A DNA stretch of 64,000 bases from an uncultured Anaerolineales bacterium (lineage in GTDB: Bacteria; Chloroflexota; Anaerolineae; Anaerolineales; UBA11858), in contig CAYWIC010000002.1 of the NCBI GenBank assembly GCA_964458115.1, positions 5,936 through 69,935 on the forward strand, given 5' to 3'. This document shows positions 9,784-18,909 of this stretch, in pieces. The notes under the pieces were generated by a model. That model searched no databases and had not been told where the DNA came from. It saw only the letters and a program-made list of their open reading frames with translations. Position 1 is the first letter of the stretch. Every line of letters begins with the position of its first letter. A program made the position numbers and the translations under genes.

Positions 9784-10536
9784 ATGATCGATCTATCTGG
9801 AAAAGTGGCTTTAGTTACGGGTTCCTCGCGTGGCGTGGGATCTGGCATTGCCCCGGTGTTAGCAGCTTGTGGCGCAGATATTGCCATCAATTATCGCTCT
9901 GCCGGAGAAAAGGCGGAGCAGGTTGCTATACAAGCCAGGGAAGCCGGAGTGCGTGCAGTTACCATTCAAGCGGATGTAACCGAACCGACTGAGGTAGAGC
10001 GGCTGGTTCAAGAGGTTGAGGGCAAACTCGGTCCCGTCGATATCCTGGTCAATAATGCCGGCTTCAATTGGCTGAAACCAATCTTGGAGATCTCTGTTGA
10101 GGATTGGGATCGCACATTGAATTTGAATTTGCGTTCCCATTTCTTATCATCGAAGGCAGTCTTGCCGAGGATGATGGAGCGCGGCTGGGGGCGCATCATA
10201 GGGATATCATCCATCTCTGGGCAGCGTGGGGGCCTCTCTGGCGATGTGGACTATTCCGCTGCCAAAGCGGGTATCCTGGGATTAACACGCTGCCTGGCAC
10301 GACATGTGGCCGAGCATGGCATCACGGTAAATGCTGTGGCTTTGGGATATATCTGGACCGATGGTTTGGTTGCTGTGCCCGAGGAGAAGCGTAATCGCCT
10401 CACCAGCCAGATTCCGCTTGGCAGATTTGGTTCTGTTGATGAATGTGGTGAGGTTGTGGCTTTCTTGGCCTCGGATGCCGCGGCTTATATCACAGGAGAA
10501 GTCATGACTGTTAATGGTGGCGTGCACATTGCTTGA
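9784..10536 (+). CDS. SDR family NAD(P)-dependent oxidoreductase (FabG-like)
   Basis: TGSSRGVG, NNAG, YSAAK, ITGEVMTVNGG. Confidence 0.92.
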   Translation: MIDLSGKVALVTGSSRGVGSGIAPVLAACGADIAINYRSAGEKAEQVAIQAREAGVRAVTIQADVTEPTEVERLVQEVEGKLGPVDILVNNAGFNWLKPILEISVEDWDRTLNLNLRSHFLSSKAVLPRMMERGWGRIIGISSISGQRGGLSGDVDYSAAKAGILGLTRCLARHVAEHGITVNAVALGYIWTDGLVAVPEEKRNRLTSQIPLGRFGSVDECGEVVAFLASDAAAYITGEVMTVNGGVHIA

Positions 10537-10582
10537 GCAAAAAAACTCGAAGGAACAACTCAATCTCAAGGAGAATAGCCCG

Positions 10583-10631
10583 AAAAATAGGTGTGCAGGG
10601 GGCGCAGCGCACCCCATGCACACCTATTTTT
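10583..10631. repeat. Long intergenic palindrome (family A, copy 1)
   Basis: AAAAATAGGTGTGCA...TGCACACCTATTTTT arms around GGGGGCGCAGCGCACCCC. Confidence 0.9.
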
Positions 10632-10676
10632 TGGAAATTTTCTCTCGAAGTAATATACTTTTCTATGAAAGCATAT

Positions 10677-11702
10677 ATGACCAAAACTAAAAAACTCAGA
10701 GTCGGCTTTATCGGCTGCGGCAGACATGCTACCAAGGTGCTCTACCCCAGCCTGCGTTATTCTCATATCAACCTGGTCGCCGTGTGCGATCTGGATGAGC
10801 GTCTGGCGAAACGCAACGCCCAATGGTTTGGGGCGGAAAACTATTACACAGACTACCAGCGCATGCTCAGTGAATCTCAGTTAGATGCAGTGATCATCGT
10901 CACGGGGCCTGCCAGTCATGCCAGTTTGGCAGGAGAAGTTTTGTCTCGGGATATCCCAGTATTCATAGAGAAACCCCCGGCATATACTTTGGCAGAAGCT
11001 GAGGATCTTTTGGAACTGAGTATGAGGAAGGGAATTCCCGTCACGGTCGGGATGATGAAGCGCTGGGCTCCGGCATACCAGCGAGTGAAAGCAATTATCG
11101 CAGAAAATGAATTCGGGGCAATTAGCCACATTCAGGCCACGTTCAGGGTGGGCAATAAGCTCTGCTCAGGGTATGCGCTGCTGTTAGATGCCGGTATCCA
11201 CATCCTCGATCTGGTTGACTTTCTTGGTGGCGGTATTGATTCAATCCAATGTGAAAAATACCAGGGAGAAATAGGCATTGCCTATGCCCTCACATTGCGA
11301 TTTTCAGGTGGCGCGATTGGAAATGTTCATATATCCGACCAAGGTTCCTGGTCTTATGCCAATGAGTCTGTTGAAATAACCGGCTGTGGTGCTTTTGTGC
11401 GCGCTGAGAACCTGACTTCCGTGAGCTATACTAGAAAAGACGGCACAATATCCGTTTATGATCTAGGTTTCTCGATCCCACAAAATCAAAATAATAGCCT
11501 GTTCATCCAAGGATACGCACACCAATTTCAGGCCTGGTCACAGGCTTTACTCAGTGGCAACGAGCCTGAATCGACCCTGGAGGATAGTTGTCGTGCGATT
11601 GGCCTGATTAAGACCCTTGAACCTGATCAAGAATATTCGAAGAAGCCACAGCATTTCCCACATTGGCAGGCTGAAGAAGCCTGGCTAAATGTTGAAGATT
11701 GA
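10677..11702 (+). CDS. Gfo/Idh/MocA family oxidoreductase
   Basis: RVGFIGCG Rossmann fold, EKP, DAGIHILD. The longer ORF start (10533) runs through the palindrome and is unlikely. Confidence 0.9.
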   Translation: MTKTKKLRVGFIGCGRHATKVLYPSLRYSHINLVAVCDLDERLAKRNAQWFGAENYYTDYQRMLSESQLDAVIIVTGPASHASLAGEVLSRDIPVFIEKPPAYTLAEAEDLLELSMRKGIPVTVGMMKRWAPAYQRVKAIIAENEFGAISHIQATFRVGNKLCSGYALLLDAGIHILDLVDFLGGGIDSIQCEKYQGEIGIAYALTLRFSGGAIGNVHISDQGSWSYANESVEITGCGAFVRAENLTSVSYTRKDGTISVYDLGFSIPQNQNNSLFIQGYAHQFQAWSQALLSGNEPESTLEDSCRAIGLIKTLEPDQEYSKKPQHFPHWQAEEAWLNVED

Positions 11703-11713
11703 AAGGGTGATAA

Positions 11714-12694
11714 ATGCCTGATACACATGCCAGTGTCGTAGTCAGCGGAGTGATTGTTAGCCCCGAGATCAGTCTGCACTGGGAAAAACTCAAGCAGCAA
11801 ACAGATTTGACCATCCTGGAAGAGAATACTTCTCAGGCTCTGCATCAGGCGTTGCGAGATGCTGAAGTTTTAATCATCCGCCCAATCATGCCGGTATCCA
11901 GGAAGATGATCGAAGCGGCTGATAACTTGCGGGGGATCGTTGTCTGGGGAGTGGGATATAACACTATCGATGTTCCAGCGGCAACAGAAAGCGGTCTGCC
12001 GGTGGTCACGCTGCCTGTCTTTCTGGCATCAATAGCCGAGGCGGTAGTTTATTACCTCTTTTCGATTACCAAAAAGTATCAGCACCTCAATAATTTGGCC
12101 CGAACGGGACAGCGGCCTACATTGCATGATCGCAGCGATGCGCTCGAAGGCAAAGTGTTGGGCTGCATTGGCCTGGGGCGTATCGGCAGCCGGGTAGCTC
12201 GCATTGCTCAGGCTCTTGATATGCAAGTTATTGTATTTGACCCCTTTCTAGACTCAGCACAGGTCGCTGGACGTGATCTGTCTCTAGTTTCACTCGATGA
12301 GCTGCTGAAACGATCCCATTTTGTCTCATTGCATGCACCCCTGACTGCTGAAAACCAGCATCTGATCGACGCCGTTGCCCTGGAAAAAATGCGGTCGGAT
12401 GCCTACCTCATCAATCTGGCACGGGGGGGCTTGGTGGACGAAGCTGCGTTATTCCGCGCCCTGACCGATGGCCAGATTGCCGGCGCTGCCCTGGACACTT
12501 TTGAAATTGAGCCAGTTTCTCCTGATAATCCACTCTTAACCCTGGATAATGTCTGGGCGACGCCGCATTATCTGGGAGCAACCTGGGAAGGCCTTGCTCA
12601 ATTGGCTTCAGCAGCCCAAGATGTCACTCTAAAGCTGCTAAAGGGTCAATATCCAGGATATAACATCGTCAACCCAGAAGTGTATCAAGAATAA
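11714..12694 (+). CDS. D-isomer-specific 2-hydroxyacid dehydrogenase
   Basis: GCIGLGRIG, HAPLT, NLARG, DTFEIEP, TPHY (catalytic R/E/H present). Confidence 0.92.
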   Translation: MPDTHASVVVSGVIVSPEISLHWEKLKQQTDLTILEENTSQALHQALRDAEVLIIRPIMPVSRKMIEAADNLRGIVVWGVGYNTIDVPAATESGLPVVTLPVFLASIAEAVVYYLFSITKKYQHLNNLARTGQRPTLHDRSDALEGKVLGCIGLGRIGSRVARIAQALDMQVIVFDPFLDSAQVAGRDLSLVSLDELLKRSHFVSLHAPLTAENQHLIDAVALEKMRSDAYLINLARGGLVDEAALFRALTDGQIAGAALDTFEIEPVSPDNPLLTLDNVWATPHYLGATWEGLAQLASAAQDVTLKLLKGQYPGYNIVNPEVYQE

Positions 12695-12790
12695 ATTCAA
12701 CCACTCAGGACATCGAGCGTGAATTTCCGAACAAACAGATGTGCACGGGCTGTGTAGTTGCCTCTTGCACATCTACACAGGAGCAGAACT

Positions 12791-13525
12791 ATGATTATCG
12801 ACTGCGAACTTTACTTACTCGATTTTCCAGTTGCCGGACGGATTTACACAATTCCTGACTTTGAGAATATGTTGGATGAAGCCAATATTGATAAAGCTGT
12901 GCTTATGCCTCCCATTACGCTAAAACCTGATAATCAATGGATGGTTGAGCAAATCAAAGACAACCCACGCTTTATCCCCTGCGCCATGCATAATCCTCAC
13001 TTTGGCGCTGAAGCCGTCTCCGATCTTGAAATTGGAGTGCGTGAGCGGGGTATCAAAGGCTTGAAACTTAACCCGACCAAACATGGCTTTCATGCCGCCT
13101 CTAAGCTTGTCTATCCGCTAATGGAAAAATGCGCTGAGTTAGATATTCCTGTTTCGATTCATTCTGAAGGAGGTTACGCTCACCCCCTGGTTATTGCTGC
13201 GTTAGCTAGGGCATTTCCGGATGTACCAATCATCATGGACCACATGGGGTACCGTTACTGGGTTGCTGATGCTATCGAAGCGGCGCGGCAAGCGCACAAT
13301 ATCTATCTGGCAACAACCGCGGTCATGGAACCCCATTTCATCAAGCTGGCTATTGACGATATTGGCGTGGACCGGATCGTTTTCGGCTCAAATGGCCCCA
13401 TCACAGTTCCAAGAATACAAGTAGACGTGATCAAATTCCTGGATCTTTCTCCAGAAGATGAAAACAAAATCATGGGTGGGACGCTAGAGAAATTATATAA
13501 AATTGATCAACAAGAATCATATTAA
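12791..13525 (+). CDS. Amidohydrolase_2 family protein with degenerate metal site
   Basis: Paralog-like fold motifs (IHSEG, MDHMG, RIVFGSN) but IDCELY replaces IDxHxH. Confidence 0.78.
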   Translation: MIIDCELYLLDFPVAGRIYTIPDFENMLDEANIDKAVLMPPITLKPDNQWMVEQIKDNPRFIPCAMHNPHFGAEAVSDLEIGVRERGIKGLKLNPTKHGFHAASKLVYPLMEKCAELDIPVSIHSEGGYAHPLVIAALARAFPDVPIIMDHMGYRYWVADAIEAARQAHNIYLATTAVMEPHFIKLAIDDIGVDRIVFGSNGPITVPRIQVDVIKFLDLSPEDENKIMGGTLEKLYKIDQQESY

Positions 13526-13712
13526 GTGGACTGTGGAAATACGTTTAGAGACCGCGAATGTAGCTCAGGAAAGTGCCGGGATTATCAGCTTCGCTTCCCT
13601 ACCAAAAGCAGTTCGCGGTCCTCTTTACGAGTTTGAAAAAATCCAAGCTAATCATACATCATGACTAATTGGTTGGCATGCTGACCATGGACAACATTGC
13701 CTTGGAAGTTGG

Positions 13713-13763
13713 CAGCTATGGAGGTATAGGGCGTGCGGAGCACGCCCTATACCTCCATAGCTG
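13713..13763. repeat. Long intergenic palindrome (family A, copy 2)
   Basis: Perfect 24-bp stem CAGCTATGGAGGTATAGGGCGTGC-GGA-GCACGCCCTATACCTCCATAGCTG. Confidence 0.95.
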
Positions 13764-14069
13764 GAATTCACCACAGGAAATCCCAGACTCCCAAGGCGCA
13801 TAGTATCTTTGTAAACTGGGAAGGGGATTTAATATAGGCGTTTCAGGAAACGCCGTGAAACTACCCAGATTTAGGGGAGCCCCCGAAAATTCTTATAGAC
13901 CCATAATCAAATGTTCACCAAATGATTTATTAATCATGTAAAATTGATTGGATAGAATTGAGCGCAGCCCAATTTCCAACATCTATTGCTAGCTATCTTG
14001 AAGCTCAGATCTCCGTCAACTTGTCAGACGGGGAAATCTAATGAGTTTTTACAAAGTGAGAATTATTCG

Positions 14070-16823
14070 ATGAATGCAGATAACTTTCCCAAACCCTGGC
14101 ACACATTGTCCAAAGAGACTGTCCTCGACCAACTGAAGGTTGATGCCGATCAAGGCCTTACTTATTCTGAGATTGAGTCACGCTTGTTAGAGTTTGGCCC
14201 TAATGAATTGATTGAGCATGGAGTCATAAACCCATGGCGCATACTGTTCGATCAGTTTAAAGAGACCATGGTGTTGGTTCTGATCATTGCGGCGGTGATC
14301 TCAGCTCTGCTGAGTGACTGGAAGGATGCGATCGCCATTTTAGCGATAGTGATCCTGAATGCGATTTTGGGATTCGTCCAAGAATACCGAGCTGAGCAGG
14401 CTATGCAAGCTCTCAAGCAAATGGCTGCGCCAATTGTCCGAGTCCGTCGCGACGGGCAGGTAATGGAAATCGAAGCCCATGAACTTGTCCCGGGAGACGT
14501 GATCCTGTTGGAGGCTGGAAGTGCTGTCCCCGCGGATGCACGTCTGATTGAAACTGCCAGCCTGCGAGTAACAGAGGCTTCCCTAACAGGCGAATCACAT
14601 GCAATCGATAAATCCATCGAAACCTTAGAAGGTGATGATATGCCCTTAGGCGATCGCATCAATTTGGTTTACATGGGTACCGCCGTCAACTATGGGCGTG
14701 CTGTAGCCGTTGTGGTCGAGACCGGGATGCGCACACAGTTGGGCCGGATCGCTGAATTGATTCAATCGGTGGAAGGTGAGCAGACCCCTTTGCAAAAGCG
14801 AATGGCCCAATTGGGCCGCTCCTTAGCATTTGCTTCCTTGGGGATTGTTGGGATCGTTTTTGTTTTGGGGCTATTGCGAGGCGAAAACATCAGTGAAATG
14901 TTCATTACCTCCATTGCCATGGCCGTGGCTGCCATCCCGGAGGGGTTGCCAGCTGTTGTAACGATTTCTCTGGCCTTAGGCGCGCAAAGGATGTTGCGCC
15001 GTCAGGCTTTGATCCGCAAACTGCCTGCGGTCGAAACTCTCGGATCTGTCACCACGATATGCTCTGATAAAACAGGCACCCTGACTGAAAACCGTATGAC
15101 CGTAACCGTTCTGGATGTTATGGGTGAAAGCCAACAGGTCGAAGCCATGTTCGAAAAAGGTTTACCGGTCTTGGATGCCGAATTTCGCCGTCAAGAAAAA
15201 CCGCCCGTGCGCAGCCTGGGATTACTGCTCAAAGCCGCCGCCCTGGTCAACGATGCCGCTTTACAAGAAGCCTTCAGCGAAGATGATTGCTGCAAAGCCG
15301 TCGGAGATCCTACGGAAGGCGCCCTCTTGATCGCGGCTGCCAAAGCAGGTTTGTGGAAGGACGACCTTGACCAACGCTGGCCACGGGTTGCTGAAGCGCC
15401 ATTCACTTCTGAACGAAAGCGCATGACAACTGTTCACCATGTTAACGTCCCCGTTGACGATCCCAGTGATGCTCCCTGGCGCAACAGCCCTTATGTCGCT
15501 TTTTGCAAAGGCGCAGTTGATGAAATGCTGGCGATTACTAGCCATGTATGGTCGGGAGATGAAGCTGTACCACTGAATGATGAATTCCGGGAACGAATTA
15601 TAACTGCTAACAACGAACTGGCTGATGATGGCCAACGTGTATTGGGGGTGTCTTTCCGCCCGTTGGATGAGGTCCCAGAAAAGCCTGATGAGAAGATATT
15701 GGAAACTGAAATGACGTTCATCGGCCTGGCAGCCATGATCGATCCCCCACGTCCCGAGGTCGAGAGCGCAGTTGACACCAGTCAAAGAGCGGGGATCCGC
15801 CCCGTGATGATCACCGGTGACCACCCCCTCACAGCTCTGCGGATCGCAAAAGATCTGGGGATTGCCAAAGCCGATGCGGTTGCAGAAAGCGAGATACTTT
15901 CGGGCCAACAGCTGGCCAAAATGTCTTCAGATGACTTAGAGGCAGTTGTCGAAGATGTCTCCGTATATGCCCGAGTTTCACCAGAACATAAACTCAAAAT
16001 CGTCGGAGCCCTGCAAAAGCGCGGCCACATTGTAGCCATGACGGGGGATGGGGTCAACGATGCGCCTGCTCTGAGGAAAAGCGATATCGGGGTAGCCATG
16101 GGAATTACCGGCACTGATGTCTCCAAAGAAGCGGCTGACATGGTGTTATTAGATGATAATTTTGCAACGATTGTCCGGGCTGTATCGGAAGGCCGCACCA
16201 TCTATGACAATATTCGCAAGTTCATCCGCTATACCATGACGAGCAATGTCGGTGAGATCATCGTAATGCTGCTGGCACCCTTCTTTGGTATGCCGTTGCC
16301 CTTAACAGCGATCCAAATTTTGTGGATTAATCTGGTCACAGATGGCTTGCCAGGTTTGGCATTGGGAATAGAACCTCCCGAACGAAACACGATGAATCGG
16401 CCACCTCATCCCCCAGATGAGAGTATTTTCGCCCGCGGTTTAGGTTTCGATATCATATGGGTGGGGCCGTTTATGGGGTTTGTATCACTTTGCGTTGGGC
16501 TGTGGGGTTACCTGACTGGTAACCCATATTGGACGACCATGGTCTTCACAACACTAACCCTCTCACAAATGGGAAACGCTCTGGCTATCCGCTCCGATCG
16601 AGATTCGCTCTTCAGCATTGGACTGCTTTCCAACAAACCGATGTTGGGGGCCGTGCTGCTAACCCTGATTTTACAGATGTTCATCACCTATTGGGGTCCA
16701 GCCCAAAACCTGTTTGGCACGAAGCCCTTACCGCTGCCGGAACTGCTCATCAGCTTGGTTGCCAGCACTCTGGTCTTCTGGGCAGTTGAGTTAGAAAAAT
16801 TGATCAAACGCCGAAAACAGTAG
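14070..16823 (+). CDS. Cation-translocating P-type ATPase, type II (Ca2+-ATPase-like)
   Basis: [33 protein letters not shown]. Confidence 0.96.
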   Translation: MNADNFPKPWHTLSKETVLDQLKVDADQGLTYSEIESRLLEFGPNELIEHGVINPWRILFDQFKETMVLVLIIAAVISALLSDWKDAIAILAIVILNAILGFVQEYRAEQAMQALKQMAAPIVRVRRDGQVMEIEAHELVPGDVILLEAGSAVPADARLIETASLRVTEASLTGESHAIDKSIETLEGDDMPLGDRINLVYMGTAVNYGRAVAVVVETGMRTQLGRIAELIQSVEGEQTPLQKRMAQLGRSLAFASLGIVGIVFVLGLLRGENISEMFITSIAMAVAAIPEGLPAVVTISLALGAQRMLRRQALIRKLPAVETLGSVTTICSDKTGTLTENRMTVTVLDVMGESQQVEAMFEKGLPVLDAEFRRQEKPPVRSLGLLLKAAALVNDAALQEAFSEDDCCKAVGDPTEGALLIAAAKAGLWKDDLDQRWPRVAEAPFTSERKRMTTVHHVNVPVDDPSDAPWRNSPYVAFCKGAVDEMLAITSHVWSGDEAVPLNDEFRERIITANNELADDGQRVLGVSFRPLDEVPEKPDEKILETEMTFIGLAAMIDPPRPEVESAVDTSQRAGIRPVMITGDHPLTALRIAKDLGIAKADAVAESEILSGQQLAKMSSDDLEAVVEDVSVYARVSPEHKLKIVGALQKRGHIVAMTGDGVNDAPALRKSDIGVAMGITGTDVSKEAADMVLLDDNFATIVRAVSEGRTIYDNIRKFIRYTMTSNVGEIIVMLLAPFFGMPLPLTAIQILWINLVTDGLPGLALGIEPPERNTMNRPPHPPDESIFARGLGFDIIWVGPFMGFVSLCVGLWGYLTGNPYWTTMVFTTLTLSQMGNALAIRSDRDSLFSIGLLSNKPMLGAVLLTLILQMFITYWGPAQNLFGTKPLPLPELLISLVASTLVFWAVELEKLIKRRKQ

Positions 16824-16919
16824 TTATTGAATTTAAGATTGATCTTGAAACTATCGGTGAAAGAAAAAAGGAGTGTGAGTGGAGCTCACAATCCTTTTTC
16901 CTTTGGGTTTATGAATAAA

Positions 16920-18776
16920 TCAGGCATCAACTGATTTCGGCTTCTTGGATCGTTTTTTCTCGATTGGTTTGGCACCATTATCAGAGAATTCAGCAGCTTC
17001 TGTTGCTGCCCCTTCGGAGACGAGCTCTTCGATGGATTCGTCTTCGCCTTCGCGCACATCCACGCCGGTGACTTCCTGGATGATCTGGATGATCTCTTTG
17101 CCGGAGAGGTCGTCGTGCTCCAGCAAGGCGTGGGCAACCGCCTCGACTTCGACCCAATGCTCGCTGAGCAAGTTCTCGGTTTTCTCTTCAGCCTGTTTCC
17201 AGAATCTCGTGAACTTGGATTCGTGATCGCTGACCTTCCACTGCATGGTGGTGGGATCTTGCACGGGGGGACCAAAGAAACCTTGACCGGCCAAGGCTTG
17301 CAGCATATTGCGCACATTCTGGAAATCACCACCGGTACCAGACCAGGGCTCTCCGCTCCAGAGTTTGGTAGCTACATCACCGCATAAACTTACCATGATG
17401 CGGCGCACAAACCAGTTCAAAGGCGTGGCATAGATTTCATAATTGGAGGCGGGCAGGACATATCCCAAGGCATCTGAGCGCCGGATGATGGTAGCACGCA
17501 CGATGCGCTGCTCGGGCATCAGGTAATAGATACCCACAGCGTGACCGGCCTCGTGGTAGGCAACCTGTTCTCGCTGATCCTCCTGCATATCCTCGATGGG
17601 ATTTTCGAGTCCCATCATTTGTTCTTGGAAAGCTAGGTCGATATCGCGCTGGCAGACTTGGAGGCGGCCGTCAAAGATGGCCATACGTACGGCATCTTTG
17701 GTGATCGCCGACATGATCTGTGCTGGGGTGTAGCCCGTTGTGTCGGCAACGATGGCGGCGGTATCGATGCTGTCGTCGTGGTGGATTTTGCTCAAGTAGT
17801 ACTCGATAATTGCCTGGCGACCGGTGCGGTCGGGTGGGGCAACCTGGATTTTGCGGTCGAAGCGGCCGGGACGGGTCAGCGCGGGATCGAGCACGTCAGG
17901 ACGGTTGGTAGATCCCATAAAGAGCACGTGCCAATCTCGTTCGGGAATCGGTCGCGTAAGCCACATCAGGATCTTATTGCGAATGCGTTCTGAACGCGTG
18001 GGGTCTTCGACGCCGTCCATTTCGTATAGTAAACGCGTCAGGGCACCCGTCCCTCCTCCCATCATTCCGCCGGCTCCCCCTGCGCCCATGGTGTGCCGTC
18101 CGCCCCCCATAACGCTGCCGCGTGAGGCGCCCACGGCATCGATCTCATCGATAAAGGCAATACAAGCGCCCCACTCACGGGCCAGTTTGCGGGCTTTATT
18201 AATAAAGGAGATCATTTTGAGTACATCCACCCCCCAGAACATCGCCCTGAAACCCGAGCCCTCAATGGAGATGAAGGCAATGCCCGATTCACCAGCCATG
18301 CATTTCGCCAGCATGGTTTTCCCTGTGCCGGGAGGGCCATAAAGCAGCAATCCATTGATATATTGACCGCCCATCTCACGAAACTTGGCTCGGTCAGATA
18401 GCAGGGAGATCCACTGCTTGACCAGTTTGAGTAATTGGGGTTGGCCTTTGTAATCGTCGAAGGTCAAGGATTTGGGGTCTTCGGGTGTGATGACCTCAAC
18501 CTTCGAGCGAGCCATGAACCAGAAGATGGCTATGAACTGAATGAGCACCAGAGCCACCATCGAGAGCATGCGCGCCGCGCCACTAAGGGCAACGAGAACG
18601 AGGTTCAGAAACTCAGGGCTGACAAGGGAGCCAATGATGATGAACGCAAGTAAGAACCAATACCAGGTTCGTCGGGCGAAACGCAAGGCCCGTTGTTCAG
18701 GCCGGTTGCGTTTTTCAATGATCGTCTCGCTATCTCTTTCCTCATTTACCGTGGGATCGATGAATTCTGTGGTCAT
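16920..18776 (-). CDS. FtsH-like membrane AAA+ metalloprotease (peptidase M41), compact form
   Basis: Two N-terminal TMs, GPPGTGKT, FIDEID, TNRPDVLDPALTRPGRFDR, HEAGH. Confidence 0.9.
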   Translation of the reverse strand: MTTEFIDPTVNEERDSETIIEKRNRPEQRALRFARRTWYWFLLAFIIIGSLVSPEFLNLVLVALSGAARMLSMVALVLIQFIAIFWFMARSKVEVITPEDPKSLTFDDYKGQPQLLKLVKQWISLLSDRAKFREMGGQYINGLLLYGPPGTGKTMLAKCMAGESGIAFISIEGSGFRAMFWGVDVLKMISFINKARKLAREWGACIAFIDEIDAVGASRGSVMGGGRHTMGAGGAGGMMGGGTGALTRLLYEMDGVEDPTRSERIRNKILMWLTRPIPERDWHVLFMGSTNRPDVLDPALTRPGRFDRKIQVAPPDRTGRQAIIEYYLSKIHHDDSIDTAAIVADTTGYTPAQIMSAITKDAVRMAIFDGRLQVCQRDIDLAFQEQMMGLENPIEDMQEDQREQVAYHEAGHAVGIYYLMPEQRIVRATIIRRSDALGYVLPASNYEIYATPLNWFVRRIMVSLCGDVATKLWSGEPWSGTGGDFQNVRNMLQALAGQGFFGPPVQDPTTMQWKVSDHESKFTRFWKQAEEKTENLLSEHWVEVEAVAHALLEHDDLSGKEIIQIIQEVTGVDVREGEDESIEELVSEGAATEAAEFSDNGAKPIEKKRSKKPKSVDA

Positions 18777-18909
18777 GCTCTTTTCTCCTTAGCTTAGGGT
18801 ATACCAACATTGTTATTTTGACAAGAAATATCTGATTAATTCTAAATGAGTAATTTTCTACACATATTATCCAAATTACCTACTTTGTGCACCAAGGGTT
18901 CACTCTACA

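Noticed and set aside
10533-10676. N-terminal extension of the Gfo/Idh/MocA ORF
   Set aside because: It runs through palindrome copy 1 and overlaps the SDR stop; the Rossmann motif starts just after ATG 10677.
12737-12774. AGATGTGCA...TGCACATCT as another family A copy
   Set aside because: Only a 9-bp stem with a poorly paired centre; possibly a decayed copy but not supportable.
15261-18342. ORFs antisense to the P-type ATPase and FtsH-like genes
   Set aside because: Fully overlap well-supported genes and have no domain signatures.
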